This document shows positions 28,188 through 39,119 of a DNA stretch of 64,000 nt, piece by piece; position 1 is the stretch's first letter, and each line of letters opens with the position of its first letter. The position numbers were made by a program, and so were the translations under genes. The stretch is taken from positions 1 through 64,000 of the IMG/VR virus record IMGVR_UViG_3300032116_015796. One strand, given 5' to 3'. The notes below the pieces were generated by a model, which saw only the letters and a program-made list of their open reading frames with translations, did no database searches and was not told the DNA's origin. Source of the stretch: a virus.

Positions 28188-28916
28188 ATGACTAACAGAA
28201 AAAAAACCCCTTCATTAACTCAAGAACCAGAAAGAAAACTTTCTAAAAAAACATTAATAACTGAGATAATAAAGAAGAAAACAAAAGAAAAATTTTTAAC
28301 AATAAATCAAAAAAAATATTACGACACTTTAATCTCTAGTGAAATTACCGTTTGTTCAGGACCTGCGGGTGTTGGTAAAAGTTATATAACAATGAAAGCG
28401 GCGATTGATTTAATATCAGACCCGTCAACACCTTATGAAAAAATTATTATTGTAAGACCTGCAGTTGAGGCTGAGGAAAAATTAGGGTCTTTACCTGGCA
28501 ATGTCGAAGAAAAATTAGACCCGTACATTTTCCCTTCTTACTATTTGATGAATAAAATAATTGGTAAAGAAGCAAGAGAAAAATTAAAAGATATTGATGT
28601 AATTGAGGTTTTTGCATTGGCATATATGAGAGGAATGAATATTGATAACTCAATATTAATTTTTGAAGAGGGTCAAAACTCTTCCCCAAGTCAAATGAAA
28701 TTACTACTAACCCGAATAGGTTTTAATAGTAAGTTTTTTATTTCAGGTGACGTTGAGCAATCCGACAAATATAAAAACAAAACTCAAAGTGGTTTATGGG
28801 ATGCAATTGAAAAATTCAGAGATGATAATCAAGTTTCAGTATTTGAATTTAAAGATAAAAAGGATATTGTAAGAAATCCTTTAATAACTAAGATTTTAGA
28901 AAAATATGAAGAATGA
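28188..28916 (+). CDS. phoH: PhoH-family ATPase
   Basis: GPAGVGKS, IVRPAVE, LGSLPG, YMRG, LTRIG, GDVEQSD, IVRNPL. Confidence 0.95.
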   Translation: MTNRKKTPSLTQEPERKLSKKTLITEIIKKKTKEKFLTINQKKYYDTLISSEITVCSGPAGVGKSYITMKAAIDLISDPSTPYEKIIIVRPAVEAEEKLGSLPGNVEEKLDPYIFPSYYLMNKIIGKEAREKLKDIDVIEVFALAYMRGMNIDNSILIFEEGQNSSPSQMKLLLTRIGFNSKFFISGDVEQSDKYKNKTQSGLWDAIEKFRDDNQVSVFEFKDKKDIVRNPLITKILEKYEE

Positions 28917-30037
28917 TAAAGTTTGTTAATAATGCAAGTGTTACTAAAGATGTATCGGGGTCAACTCGTGGAGTAAACATTTATGGGTTTGCAAATAAAA
29001 TTTCGGGTTTAGGTCAAAATGCCAGACAAGTACTAAGAGCAATAAATAATACTGACATATCTTACAATTATTTAGATTTGTTTTCGGCATCTAAAGAGTT
29101 CAAATTTATTGAACCAACTATTAATCACAAATTCAAAACTAATCTATTTTGTTGTAATCCTGATATTGATTTGACTGATTTTATTAATCTTAAAAAAAAT
29201 AATCATAAAAAAAATATTGGTTTATGGGCATGGGAAGTAGAGGTTCTTCCTGAGTATTGGATTAAATATTCAGAGCTTTTTGATGAAATATGGACAATTT
29301 CTAATTTTACTAAAAGTATTTTTGAAAAGGAATTACCAAATAAAATTATAAAATCTTTAAATATTCCAGGAGCACCATTTAAACTGTTGGACAAGTCCAC
29401 ATGTAAACAAACATTTGGAATTAATTCCAATACTTTTTTGTGTTCATTTGTTTTTGATTCATTTAGTGATATAAATAGAAAAAATCCATTACATGTTATA
29501 GAGTCTTTTGAATCATCATTAGGGGATGAAGATTCTGTTTTATTAATAAAATGTCAAAACTTAAGTCAAGAAAACAGGGACATATTACTTAACTACCCTA
29601 AAACTAAAAAAGTTAAATTTATTTTTGAAACTTTTTCAGACGAGTTAATGAATCATTTATTTTGTGCGACTGATTTATACATTTCTCTTCATAGAAGTGA
29701 GGGGTCAGGACTGACAATAATGGAGGCATTATCAGTAGGCACACCTTGTTTAGTGACAAATTATGGTGGATGTTTAGATTTTTGTCTTCCTGAATTTTGT
29801 GAGTTAGTTGATTATAACTTTATAGAAATTACTGAAGATATTTGGTATAAAAATAACTTTTTTAAAGACAAGGAAGTTTTTTGGGCAAACCCTATAGTAA
29901 ATGACGCGTCTAATAAAATTAAAAAAATATTTGACAATTATGATGACTACCTTATTAAAACTAATGAATTAAAAAATTTCATAGAGAATAATTACAATTT
30001 AGAAAATATGTCTATTTTTTTAAAAAACAATTTATGA
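28913..30037 (+). CDS. GT4-family glycosyltransferase
   Basis: WAWE, DEIWTIS.F, RKNP, SLHRSEGSGLTIMEA. Confidence 0.85.
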   Translation: MIKFVNNASVTKDVSGSTRGVNIYGFANKISGLGQNARQVLRAINNTDISYNYLDLFSASKEFKFIEPTINHKFKTNLFCCNPDIDLTDFINLKKNNHKKNIGLWAWEVEVLPEYWIKYSELFDEIWTISNFTKSIFEKELPNKIIKSLNIPGAPFKLLDKSTCKQTFGINSNTFLCSFVFDSFSDINRKNPLHVIESFESSLGDEDSVLLIKCQNLSQENRDILLNYPKTKKVKFIFETFSDELMNHLFCATDLYISLHRSEGSGLTIMEALSVGTPCLVTNYGGCLDFCLPEFCELVDYNFIEITEDIWYKNNFFKDKEVFWANPIVNDASNKIKKIFDNYDDYLIKTNELKNFIENNYNLENMSIFLKNNL

Positions 30038-30636
30038 GGATTGGTATAGAAATTAACGGTGTTCTTAGAAATACTTTGGGTAAAATTGAACAAACCTATA
30101 ATAAATTTTACGTGGAAAAAACCGAAGGTATTGAAGATGAAGACGAGTTCAAATATGAAGTTATTTCTGGATTGGATTCTTTAGATGTTAAATCTCATCT
30201 AAAATTTAGAGATGATGAGGAATTATTTTCTTTTTTATATGAAGAATTCCCGATGGAAATTTTTGGTCACGCTCAATCCACAGAGTACACCACGTTTAAC
30301 GATTTAAATGAATTGTATTTTCAATTAAGAGATAAGCACGAGATGATAATAGTATCAGATGAGATTGGTAAATCAAAACCAGCTTCATTGTTTTTCTTAT
30401 CTAAATTTGGTTGTCAATTTGAGAAAATTGTATTTTATAGTAACTACACTATAAATGAAATGTGGAATCAAGTTGATATTTTAATTACATCAAATCCAAA
30501 TTTATTAGAAAATCATCCTGAAGATAAAATGGTTATAAAATATAACACAATATATAATAAACAAGTTGATTCTTTTCACTCAATTACGTCTATTAGAGAA
30601 TTAGAATCTAAAATAAATGAAACAGTACTATGTTAA
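30034..30636 (+). CDS. HAD-superfamily 5'(3')-nucleotidase-like protein with degenerate motif I
   Basis: MRIGIEINGVL in place of the canonical IGIDxDGVL; YN near C-term. Confidence 0.55.
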   Translation: MRIGIEINGVLRNTLGKIEQTYNKFYVEKTEGIEDEDEFKYEVISGLDSLDVKSHLKFRDDEELFSFLYEEFPMEIFGHAQSTEYTTFNDLNELYFQLRDKHEMIIVSDEIGKSKPASLFFLSKFGCQFEKIVFYSNYTINEMWNQVDILITSNPNLLENHPEDKMVIKYNTIYNKQVDSFHSITSIRELESKINETVLC

Positions 30637-30899
30637 AAATTTTAGGAGAAAATTATTATCTCGATTTAGACAAAATCGAGGACTACATCAATGTTGAACC
30701 CCCAAAAGATTATACAGGGGTTCCTGAAAATCATATAAGCGTTGTTAAATATGATATGGTTAAAGCATTAACTGAAACATTATTAACCGAAAGTGAAGAA
30801 GTTGATGAAAACTTGGGTTCTAAAGCGTCAGGTTTATCGATACCATTTAAACTAGCGTTCAATACCCTCCTTAATAAAAAATTACTAAATAAATATTAA
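30630..30899 (+). CDS. Hypothetical phage protein
   Basis: 89-aa coupled ORF. Confidence 0.7.
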   Translation: MLKILGENYYLDLDKIEDYINVEPPKDYTGVPENHISVVKYDMVKALTETLLTESEEVDENLGSKASGLSIPFKLAFNTLLNKKLLNKY

Positions 30900-30903
30900 A
30901 AAA

Positions 30904-31968
30904 ATGAATCAAGAAAATTTATCAAAATTAGAAAAATCAATTGAGAACTTAAAAAACAAAAAAAGTAAAATTTATTTGTTGGTTCAAGACACCAAAGGTA
31001 ACGCAAAGGCTTCTATCGCGTATATCTATAATTTAGGAATGTCACTACTTAATAGTGGTTTTAATCCTATTATTCTACATGAAAAACCTGACTACACAGG
31101 TGTTGCAGGATGGTTAGGAAAAGAATATATGGATTCTTTACCTCATAAATCTATTGAGGGCGAAAATTTAGAAGTCTCACCTGAAGACTTCATCATTGTC
31201 CCTGAATTGTATGGTTTTGTAATGGCACAGTTATCAAAACTTCCTTGTGGTAAAATTGTCTTATGTCAAGCTTATGACCACATGTTAGAAACATTACAAC
31301 CTGGTATGACTTGGGGTCAAACAGGATTCCATAAATGTATAACAACTTCTGAATTCCAAAAAGAATTCATTTCAAATGTTATGAGAAATGTTTCATTTGA
31401 CGTTATTGAACCTTTTATTTCTGACAAATATAAAAAACAAACTAAACCATCTAAACCTATTATAACAATTCATTCAAGAGAACAGAGAGACACGACTAAT
31501 TTAGTTAAATCTTTTTATTTAAAGTTCCCTCAATACAGATGGGTAACGTTTAGAGATATGAAGAGTCTAACTGAAGACCAATTCGCACAAGCGTTTCAGG
31601 ATAGTTTCTTATCAATTTGGATTGACGAAACAAGTGGTTATGGTACATTTCCATTAGAATCTATGAAATCAGGAGTACCCGTTTTAGGTTTAGTACCAAA
31701 TGTACTTCCTCATTGGATGAGTGAAGATAATGGTCTTTGGATAAACAATAAAACTCAACTTGTAGATTTTGTTGCGGACTTTCTTCAAAATTGGTTAGAA
31801 GATAATATTAATGAAACTCTTTTGACTGAAATGAAAAACACTGTTGATAAACTACCAACAAAAGAAACTTTTGACTCTAAAGTATCTGAAGTTTTTGAAA
31901 GTTATATAAACACTAGATTAACTTCATTTGAAGAACAATTAAATAAATTTACAACAATAGAAGAATAA
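30904..31968 (+). CDS. GT-B (GT4-like) glycosyltransferase
   Basis: DFIIVPE, SGYGTFPLESMKSGVPV. Confidence 0.7.
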   Translation: MNQENLSKLEKSIENLKNKKSKIYLLVQDTKGNAKASIAYIYNLGMSLLNSGFNPIILHEKPDYTGVAGWLGKEYMDSLPHKSIEGENLEVSPEDFIIVPELYGFVMAQLSKLPCGKIVLCQAYDHMLETLQPGMTWGQTGFHKCITTSEFQKEFISNVMRNVSFDVIEPFISDKYKKQTKPSKPIITIHSREQRDTTNLVKSFYLKFPQYRWVTFRDMKSLTEDQFAQAFQDSFLSIWIDETSGYGTFPLESMKSGVPVLGLVPNVLPHWMSEDNGLWINNKTQLVDFVADFLQNWLEDNINETLLTEMKNTVDKLPTKETFDSKVSEVFESYINTRLTSFEEQLNKFTTIEE

Positions 31969-31972
31969 AATT

Positions 31973-32776
31973 ATGGAAAAATTCGATATCTCGGTAATAC
32001 TACCAATTAAGTCGGCAGCGGCTAGAGGATTTGATGAACTTTTTGAAAAAGCGATTGAATCTATTAAAATACAAACTTTACAAATTAAAGAACTAATCAT
32101 TGTTCATACAGACGAAACCGCATTAGTAGAGTTTTTAGACCGATTTAATTTCGGTGATATAAATGTTAAAAGAGAAGTTTGGACAAAACCGCCAAGCTAC
32201 GCGGAACAAATTAATCACGGAGTTAGAGTTTCTACAGGTAATTGGATTTCATTGTTTGAATTTGATGATGAATACTCTAAAATTTGGATTAAAAACGTTA
32301 AACTATATTCAGAATCATATCCTGAAATTGACGCATTCTTACCAATTGTTGTCGATATTGATGAAAAAAACCAATTCGCTGGTTTTACAAATGAAGCAAC
32401 GTTTGCATTAAACATTGCATCTGATATGGGTATGTTGACAAATGAAACATTACAAACTTACCAAAATTTCCAAATATCAGGTATGGTTATTAAAAAATCA
32501 AAATTTATTGATTTTGGTTTAATTAAACCAAGTTTCAAACTTACGTTTGGCTACGAATTCTTTTTAAGAATGACACATAATAATGTTAAATTCATGTCTA
32601 TTCCAAGAATAGGGTATAAACATGTAAACCTAAGAGAAGGTTCTATTTTTTGGAATTACAAAAATGGTGACAATGTGTTATCTGAGGATGAGGTTAAATT
32701 TTGGGTTGAGTCGGCTAAGAAAGAATATTTTTTCATCAATGACAGAGCCATAAAATACGAACCTTCCGAAGTTTAA
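31973..32776 (+). CDS. GT2-family glycosyltransferase
   Basis: ISVILPI, N.GV, FEFDD, IPRIGYKH. Confidence 0.75.
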   Translation: MEKFDISVILPIKSAAARGFDELFEKAIESIKIQTLQIKELIIVHTDETALVEFLDRFNFGDINVKREVWTKPPSYAEQINHGVRVSTGNWISLFEFDDEYSKIWIKNVKLYSESYPEIDAFLPIVVDIDEKNQFAGFTNEATFALNIASDMGMLTNETLQTYQNFQISGMVIKKSKFIDFGLIKPSFKLTFGYEFFLRMTHNNVKFMSIPRIGYKHVNLREGSIFWNYKNGDNVLSEDEVKFWVESAKKEYFFINDRAIKYEPSEV

Positions 32777-33525
32777 TGAGTGAAGTTAATGTTTTAACGG
32801 GAGCAACAGATGTATTAACAAAAAAGAAAGGTAGAAAACCAAAACAAGCAAATTATTTTGATGTCCAAGAGGAATTAGCGGTTATCAGATTTTTAGAAAC
32901 CGATTCTATGGAAGAAAAAAATAAAATCTACAACGATTTTTTGAGAAAACCTCTGGATAAGATGATATCTTCTATCATAAGAAGGTATAAATTGTATCGA
33001 AAAGATATGGATTTTTACGAAATCCATACTGACACTCATTCATTTTTAATGACTAAAATCGATAAGTTTAAGCCTTCAAAAGAGAAGAAGGCTTATTCTT
33101 ATTTTGGTACTATCTGTAAGAATTATTTGATGGGTCAAATAATTAAAGACCAAAAGGAAATTAATAGAAAAATATCTTATGAAGATATTTCGCCCATACT
33201 TGAAAATAACACCGACTATTCATATTCCATAGATTCTGATTCTGTTGATTCGGAATTAGTAATAAGAAATTTTCTTACAGAATTAGATAAATTCTTGAAA
33301 GAAGGTAATCTAAATGAAAATGAAATTAAGTTAGGTTACGCTTTATATGATTTATTTGAGAACTACGACAGTATTTTTGAAGGGAGTTCAAATAACAAAT
33401 TTAATAAAAATATTATTCTTTTGTCATTAAGAGAAATGACAAACTTGTCTACCAAAGAAATAAGAAGTTCCATGAAAAAATACAAAGTTATATATGTGAA
33501 CTTGGTTGATAAAATGGCTAAATAA
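32776..33525 (+). CDS. Phage sigma factor, T4 gp55-like (probable late sigma)
   Basis: Sigma region-2-like KIDKFKPSKEKKAYSYFGTICKNYL, comparable to gp55-family F.P.K..PFAYFT.I..N; C-terminal helical LREMTNLSTKEIR. Confidence 0.7.
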   Translation: MSEVNVLTGATDVLTKKKGRKPKQANYFDVQEELAVIRFLETDSMEEKNKIYNDFLRKPLDKMISSIIRRYKLYRKDMDFYEIHTDTHSFLMTKIDKFKPSKEKKAYSYFGTICKNYLMGQIIKDQKEINRKISYEDISPILENNTDYSYSIDSDSVDSELVIRNFLTELDKFLKEGNLNENEIKLGYALYDLFENYDSIFEGSSNNKFNKNIILLSLREMTNLSTKEIRSSMKKYKVIYVNLVDKMAK

Positions 33526-33550
33526 AATTACAGAATAACTATTTATTATT

Positions 33551-33925
33551 ATGGGAAGACCTCAAAAAAAAGAAATTAATTTATCAAAAGAATCCATTCT
33601 TTCATTGATGCAAGAGATTTATAATGAACTTGTTGAGCAGAGAAATACTGCAATAAGAATTCAAAATAAAATGTTGTCGATGATGAAAGAGCCTGAGGAC
33701 ATGACTCTAATTGGTCCTGTAATTGAAAAACAACAAAAAATTATAAATGACTGTGTAGATAAAAAATTATCGTTGTCTAAGTTGCAATCAAGTATTTGGG
33801 AAAAACAAAGTTCAAGTAAGGAGTCATTTTCTATTTCCGATATTGACATCGATGATGAGATAATTAAAGACTTGTTAGAAAAAGATATTTCTAAATCTGA
33901 CGGTAGTTACAAAATGAATAAGTAA
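33551..33925 (+). CDS. Hypothetical coiled-coil protein
   Basis: 124-aa ORF. Confidence 0.7.
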   Translation: MGRPQKKEINLSKESILSLMQEIYNELVEQRNTAIRIQNKMLSMMKEPEDMTLIGPVIEKQQKIINDCVDKKLSLSKLQSSIWEKQSSSKESFSISDIDIDDEIIKDLLEKDISKSDGSYKMNK

Positions 33926-33927
33926 AA

Positions 33928-35835
33928 ATGGCTTCATTAGATTTAAATGCGGATTATAAGGCGATTCAGGATAAAGTCAAAGCCACTCAATCATATAAAG
34001 ATGCTAAAGCGGATTATGATAAGGCGAAAAAAAGAAAAGGAGAAAGTTTTGATAAAAAGAAATCTGAAGTTACTGAAAAAATCAATAACTTTAAAAAAGA
34101 TACTAAAAAATATCAAAAACAGATTAAATCTCAATTTGAGCAGTTATTAGATTTAAATAACGTTACAGGAGGTAAAGGAAGTAATTCATCTAAGTACATA
34201 AAAAAACTAATGTTACAGGCTTTAAAAAACATTGAGCCAAAAATATTAGAAATTTTACGACAAGAAGCGATTAACGCGGTTGGTTGTGACCAACAACAAG
34301 TATTTAATGCACAGGTCTTATACATAAAAGTTTCATCGGTTGATTTAGGGTCAATGCTAAAAAAAGACCCTGCAGATGAAATAGGTAAAGTTTTATACGA
34401 AAAAAATCCAATAGCCATTCAGTCATTCCCATTTTCAATGAATAGGGAATTATATCAAAGAATACAAAGTGGACAACCATATTCTGTGGATAATGGTCAG
34501 TTGTATTTAGGAGCGTCTACTCAACCATTGTTCGATATACAATATGTTGAGACAGATAACATAGGACAAACAGGTCCTTGGTTTAAGGTAACCTTACCTA
34601 ACAGGATTGGTAATGTTAACAAGGTTGGTGAATTCTTAGTTGATTATTACAAGACAATCAAATTAGTTGATTTTACTAATATTATCGCCCAAATTATGGA
34701 GGCGTTATGTGGAGCAATTTCAATTCAGGCGAACGTTGGTTTAGTACAAGCCGAGGACGCAAGTAAATTCATGTTAATTTTACAAAGAATACTTGGGTTG
34801 TGTTTTGATTCTGTAAAAGAAATTGATGTTAGTGGTGTTGCGAAAGTATCTGAGTTGGACGGTATTGATGAATCTTTTTTTGAATTTACTGAAATTGATT
34901 TAAGAAATATAGACCTTAGAATTGCTAACATAAAAAAAGGTGTAATACAATTTGAGGATTGTGGTAATGTAGATATCCCTGTAGACTCTACATCAATATT
35001 AAATGCTCTAAATAACTTAAATTTTGTACCTGATTCAGATTTGGAAAACGCGTCTGACCAAGTGACTAATGTTTTAGCCAATAATCCTGAACTTAATGGT
35101 TTAGGGATTGAAGCAAATATTCAAGCGTCAGTTGATTTTAACTTTATTAAGTTATTAGCACAAGGGTTAATATTCGCTCTTTTAACTCCAAAAATTTTGT
35201 TACCGATTATGACCATGTTAAAGGCTATCGGACAAAGTGCGATTGATGGTATTGATTCGTTCCAACAATTTGCGAAAACTTTTAGAAAATTTGTATTAAA
35301 CTTAGTTTCTAAAGTAGGTTCACTATTTGTTCAGGAATTATTTAATTTAATAAAAAGAGACATTCAAAATTTAATCCAACAAGTGATAATGGATTTGGCA
35401 AGAGAAAAGGCCGACAAAAGAATTATTATGATTTTGAAATTAATCCAATTGTTACTTTTAATTGCACAGTTTATATCCGATTGGAGGAAGTGTAAAAGTG
35501 TTATTGATGAACTATTACAGTTGTTGAATATCGTCGCTTCAGGATGGGGTGGTGAAGTACCATTACCACTTCTTTTTGCCTCCCAAATCTTAGACGGTTA
35601 TTCTGAAACAAGAGCCTTTATTGGTACTATAGAAGAAATGCAAAAATTAGGGATTCCTACAGGTCCTATGCCTGACGGAAGCCCCAACTTAAATGTACTT
35701 TCTAAATTCGCTCAAATGAAAGCTCAAGCTAAAGAAGAATCTGAAAATGGTAAAGTTCAAGTTGCGGTTGGTGCTCTTAGTATTACACCTGCAGGATTAA
35801 CAGTTCCATCAAGTGCTTTTGGTAAAAAAATGTAA
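33928..35835 (+). CDS. Hypothetical large protein (possible baseplate/tail component)
   Basis: 635-aa ORF upstream of the spike gene; function inferred from position only. Confidence 0.65.
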   Translation: MASLDLNADYKAIQDKVKATQSYKDAKADYDKAKKRKGESFDKKKSEVTEKINNFKKDTKKYQKQIKSQFEQLLDLNNVTGGKGSNSSKYIKKLMLQALKNIEPKILEILRQEAINAVGCDQQQVFNAQVLYIKVSSVDLGSMLKKDPADEIGKVLYEKNPIAIQSFPFSMNRELYQRIQSGQPYSVDNGQLYLGASTQPLFDIQYVETDNIGQTGPWFKVTLPNRIGNVNKVGEFLVDYYKTIKLVDFTNIIAQIMEALCGAISIQANVGLVQAEDASKFMLILQRILGLCFDSVKEIDVSGVAKVSELDGIDESFFEFTEIDLRNIDLRIANIKKGVIQFEDCGNVDIPVDSTSILNALNNLNFVPDSDLENASDQVTNVLANNPELNGLGIEANIQASVDFNFIKLLAQGLIFALLTPKILLPIMTMLKAIGQSAIDGIDSFQQFAKTFRKFVLNLVSKVGSLFVQELFNLIKRDIQNLIQQVIMDLAREKADKRIIMILKLIQLLLLIAQFISDWRKCKSVIDELLQLLNIVASGWGGEVPLPLLFASQILDGYSETRAFIGTIEEMQKLGIPTGPMPDGSPNLNVLSKFAQMKAQAKEESENGKVQVAVGALSITPAGLTVPSSAFGKKM

Positions 35836-35839
35836 AAAT

Positions 35840-36052
35840 ATGACAAAAAAAGAAACTGCGGAAAAAGTACTAAAAATAGTAAAAGATTATAAATCCCATT
35901 CAAACAAGGATTTAACATTTGCTATGGATTTTATCCAAGAAGATTTTAATTTAACAAAAGAAACTCTTTTGAGATTATCTACTCATTTGGATAAATTAGA
36001 AACAACATACAATTTAATTTTAAAAGAATACGAAGGTAGAGTTAAAAAATGA
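35840..36052 (+). CDS. Hypothetical protein
   Basis: Short coupled ORF; start refined to ATG 35840. Confidence 0.65.
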   Translation: MTKKETAEKVLKIVKDYKSHSNKDLTFAMDFIQEDFNLTKETLLRLSTHLDKLETTYNLILKEYEGRVKK

Positions 36053-37623
36053 ATATAACTAACGACAATCAATATCAAATCATATTTCCTGGTATCGTCT
36101 TGGATGACCAAGACCCAATGATGCTTGGTAGATTAAGGGTTATGCCAGAAACAGAAGTCTACCGAGATATCATCGCTTCAGTTCCAAATTGGAGTGAGGA
36201 AAAAGATAAATGGTCAAGTAGAGACCCTTTAATATTTTTACCTTTATTACCGTTTTTTTTAAGTCAAATACCAAAAAAAGGAGAATACGTTAATATCATT
36301 TATCAAAATAAAAAATTTGTTTTTCAAAACCAATTCTATATTCAAGGACCGTATTCTTCACCTATGTTATCTCCTTTTGAATACTACCAAGGTTCTAAAA
36401 AGTTTTTAGCTACGGGTGACAGAATAAAACAAGGTTTAAGTATTAAAAATACTGATGGAACTTATAGAAATAAAAATAGTTTCGGGGTATTTCCTGAACC
36501 TGGTGATAATTCTCTTTTAGGTCGTGGTAGTGCCGATGTTATTGTAAAACAAGATGAAGTTTTAATAAGAGCGGGAAAAACTAAAACTCTTAAATCAACT
36601 CAGTTACCTGCGGGTAATCCTCTTAGGTCGTTTTTACAACTATCATATTTTCCTCAGACAAAAAATTTAGAAGACCCTGAATCATTTGCAAGACTTAAAG
36701 AAATTGTAAAAGTCGTTAAAAAAATGGTTGTGTGGGATATTATGAATTTAGAAAATACCCAAGATGTTTTTAATGGTTCTGTTAAATTTTATAACGTAAT
36801 ACCTTCTGAATCGGTTAATACTCAAAATTTTAAATCCGATACAATAACTAAATTATCTGAAGGAACAAATTATACATTTCTTTGTGGTATTAATTTTAAC
36901 TCAGTTTCTTTTGAAACTGCGGTTAATATAATTAACAAAACTATACAAGGTGTTTTTAACAGTTTTATTCAACCCGACCCAAACTATCCTTTATTACCCT
37001 CAACACCAAATGTGGTTGACCAATTCCCATTTATTGTCACACCATCAAAATTAACTTATGAAACGGGTAACAAATTTACAACCGCATCTACCGCAAACGA
37101 TATTGCTGAATTAGTTAATTTTAAAAGGTTTTATAAAAAAATAAAAATTAACGATGGTATTAAACAAAGTGGTTTCTTTTTGGTTTCAGAAAATAATAAT
37201 GGTAAACCTAAGATAGGTCCTAGTTCTGAAGTTGTTACTGAGACAGTTACTCCAGCAAATTACACTCAAAGTTCTATTACTTATGGTGTTTTAGGAGGTC
37301 AAAGACTTTATTTACTATCACAAGATTCTGCAGGTCCTAAAGGTCAAATTAGTTTAAGTCAAACTTTATATGGTATTCCACAAGAAAAATTTATTGGTAG
37401 TGAAAAAAGTATTCAAACACAAACTTACCCAACTGTAAGAGGTGATGAGTTAATGATTTTACTTAGAAAAATGTTTTCCTACTTAAAAGGACACGTGCAT
37501 CCCGAATCAACAATACCTCCTGTTCCTGTTGCCGCAGGTAATGGTCAGACAAGCACAGAAATTGACCAAATATTAGCAGACGCTGAAAATACAATTCTAA
37601 ATCAAAATATTCGAATTAATTGA
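36049..37623 (+). CDS. Baseplate hub / central spike protein (gp5/gpV-like)
   Basis: N-terminal OB-fold signature [17 protein letters not shown]...P..GE.V; C-terminal HxH (GHVHP) apex motif. Confidence 0.7.
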   Translation: MNITNDNQYQIIFPGIVLDDQDPMMLGRLRVMPETEVYRDIIASVPNWSEEKDKWSSRDPLIFLPLLPFFLSQIPKKGEYVNIIYQNKKFVFQNQFYIQGPYSSPMLSPFEYYQGSKKFLATGDRIKQGLSIKNTDGTYRNKNSFGVFPEPGDNSLLGRGSADVIVKQDEVLIRAGKTKTLKSTQLPAGNPLRSFLQLSYFPQTKNLEDPESFARLKEIVKVVKKMVVWDIMNLENTQDVFNGSVKFYNVIPSESVNTQNFKSDTITKLSEGTNYTFLCGINFNSVSFETAVNIINKTIQGVFNSFIQPDPNYPLLPSTPNVVDQFPFIVTPSKLTYETGNKFTTASTANDIAELVNFKRFYKKIKINDGIKQSGFFLVSENNNGKPKIGPSSEVVTETVTPANYTQSSITYGVLGGQRLYLLSQDSAGPKGQISLSQTLYGIPQEKFIGSEKSIQTQTYPTVRGDELMILLRKMFSYLKGHVHPESTIPPVPVAAGNGQTSTEIDQILADAENTILNQNIRIN

Positions 37624-37647
37624 TATTTATTAAACAAACAACGTTTA

Positions 37648-39117
37648 ATGTCAATTAATAATTCGTATTTCAGTAAAAATAACACTATTATATCTAATAG
37701 CTTCACAAACACAGGAAGAAATCCTGTGACTGAACTATTTTTTGGTTCATTAGCAACTTCTCAATATCCTAATGGGTATAGCCGATTTATATTTGATTTG
37801 GATTTGACTCTTTTAAAAGAAAAAGTAACTAATGGTACAATTTCTCTTGATTGTAATGAAAAACCAAAACACACACTTAGAATGGTTAACACCTCTTCTT
37901 TTGACCGTGAGTTATTGAATACGAGAACTTCACAAGGCAGAATGAGAGCAACATCGTTTGACCTTGTTCTTCTTAGAATTCCTTATATTAATGATGATAT
38001 GGATAGACCTCAATTATGGGATGAAGGGGTTGGTTATGATTTTGCTGACTTGGTTTATGATTATAGTGAGTTTGATAAAAACTTTTCAGATAGACCATCT
38101 AATTGGTATCAAACAACAACATTAGGTGTTTGGACAACAAATGGTATATATGACAACACAAATTCAGGAACTGGTAATACCATTCATTATTCAGCATTAA
38201 CAAAGGTTGCTGAACAACATTTTGAATTTGGTGATGAAAATATCGAGTTTGATATGACAGGTGAAATAAACGATATTTTAAATGGAGTTTTAAATAACGT
38301 ATCGGGATGGGTAATTGCTTATAAACCACAATTAGAAAACATTACAGGATTAACTGATATATATGAAACACAATTCTTTACTCGTCATACCCAAACATTT
38401 TATGAACCTTATTTAGAGACAAACTATAATGACTTTATTGATGATGATAGAAATAACTTTACGTTAGGTAGAGTTAATCATTTATACCTTTATCTATATG
38501 ATAATGGAAATCCTGTTAATTTAGACTTCAATCCTACTGTCGACATCTTAGACAACGGTGGCGATGTAATATTATCTAATCTCCCTACTTGTAAAAAAAC
38601 AAGAGGAGTTTATGAAGTTACTGTACCAGCTCTTAATAGTTATAAGACACCATGTACATTTTCAGATAAATGGAAAAACTTAAGTTTAAATGGATTTCCA
38701 ATAAATCCAATTTTAAATGATTTCACCCTTTATCCGTTTAAAAATTCAATTCAAATTGGAACTGAATCTCAAGAACCAAAACTTTATGGTTTTGATTATT
38801 ACGGAATTAAACAAGATGAAAAAATCTTTAATACTGACATAAGAAAAGTTGGGGTTGTAATTAAACAGGCATATACTACAAATAAACTTTTACAAAAAGT
38901 AGAGGCTTTTTATAGGATATATGTTAGAGAAGGTCAGACTGAAGTACAGGTTCAAGATTGGACAAAAATAAATAGAACACCAAATGAGTATTATTTCATT
39001 TTTGATACAAGAGATAAAATACCAAATGAGTATTATATCGATATACAAGTTAAAAGTTCTAACGAGGTTAACACCTATAAAAAACAAATAAAATTTCAAA
39101 TTGTAAATTATAAATAG
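37648..39117 (+). CDS. Putative virion structural protein
   Basis: 489-aa beta-rich ORF with late motif upstream; SRFIFDLD, WDEGVG. Confidence 0.6.
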   Translation: MSINNSYFSKNNTIISNSFTNTGRNPVTELFFGSLATSQYPNGYSRFIFDLDLTLLKEKVTNGTISLDCNEKPKHTLRMVNTSSFDRELLNTRTSQGRMRATSFDLVLLRIPYINDDMDRPQLWDEGVGYDFADLVYDYSEFDKNFSDRPSNWYQTTTLGVWTTNGIYDNTNSGTGNTIHYSALTKVAEQHFEFGDENIEFDMTGEINDILNGVLNNVSGWVIAYKPQLENITGLTDIYETQFFTRHTQTFYEPYLETNYNDFIDDDRNNFTLGRVNHLYLYLYDNGNPVNLDFNPTVDILDNGGDVILSNLPTCKKTRGVYEVTVPALNSYKTPCTFSDKWKNLSLNGFPINPILNDFTLYPFKNSIQIGTESQEPKLYGFDYYGIKQDEKIFNTDIRKVGVVIKQAYTTNKLLQKVEAFYRIYVREGQTEVQVQDWTKINRTPNEYYFIFDTRDKIPNEYYIDIQVKSSNEVNTYKKQIKFQIVNYK

Positions 39118-39119
39118 TT

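Noticed and set aside
16928-32776. DNA hypermodification pathway
   Set aside because: No base hydroxymethylase, deazaguanine or T4-type DNA glucosyltransferase recognised in this window; not excluded genome-wide
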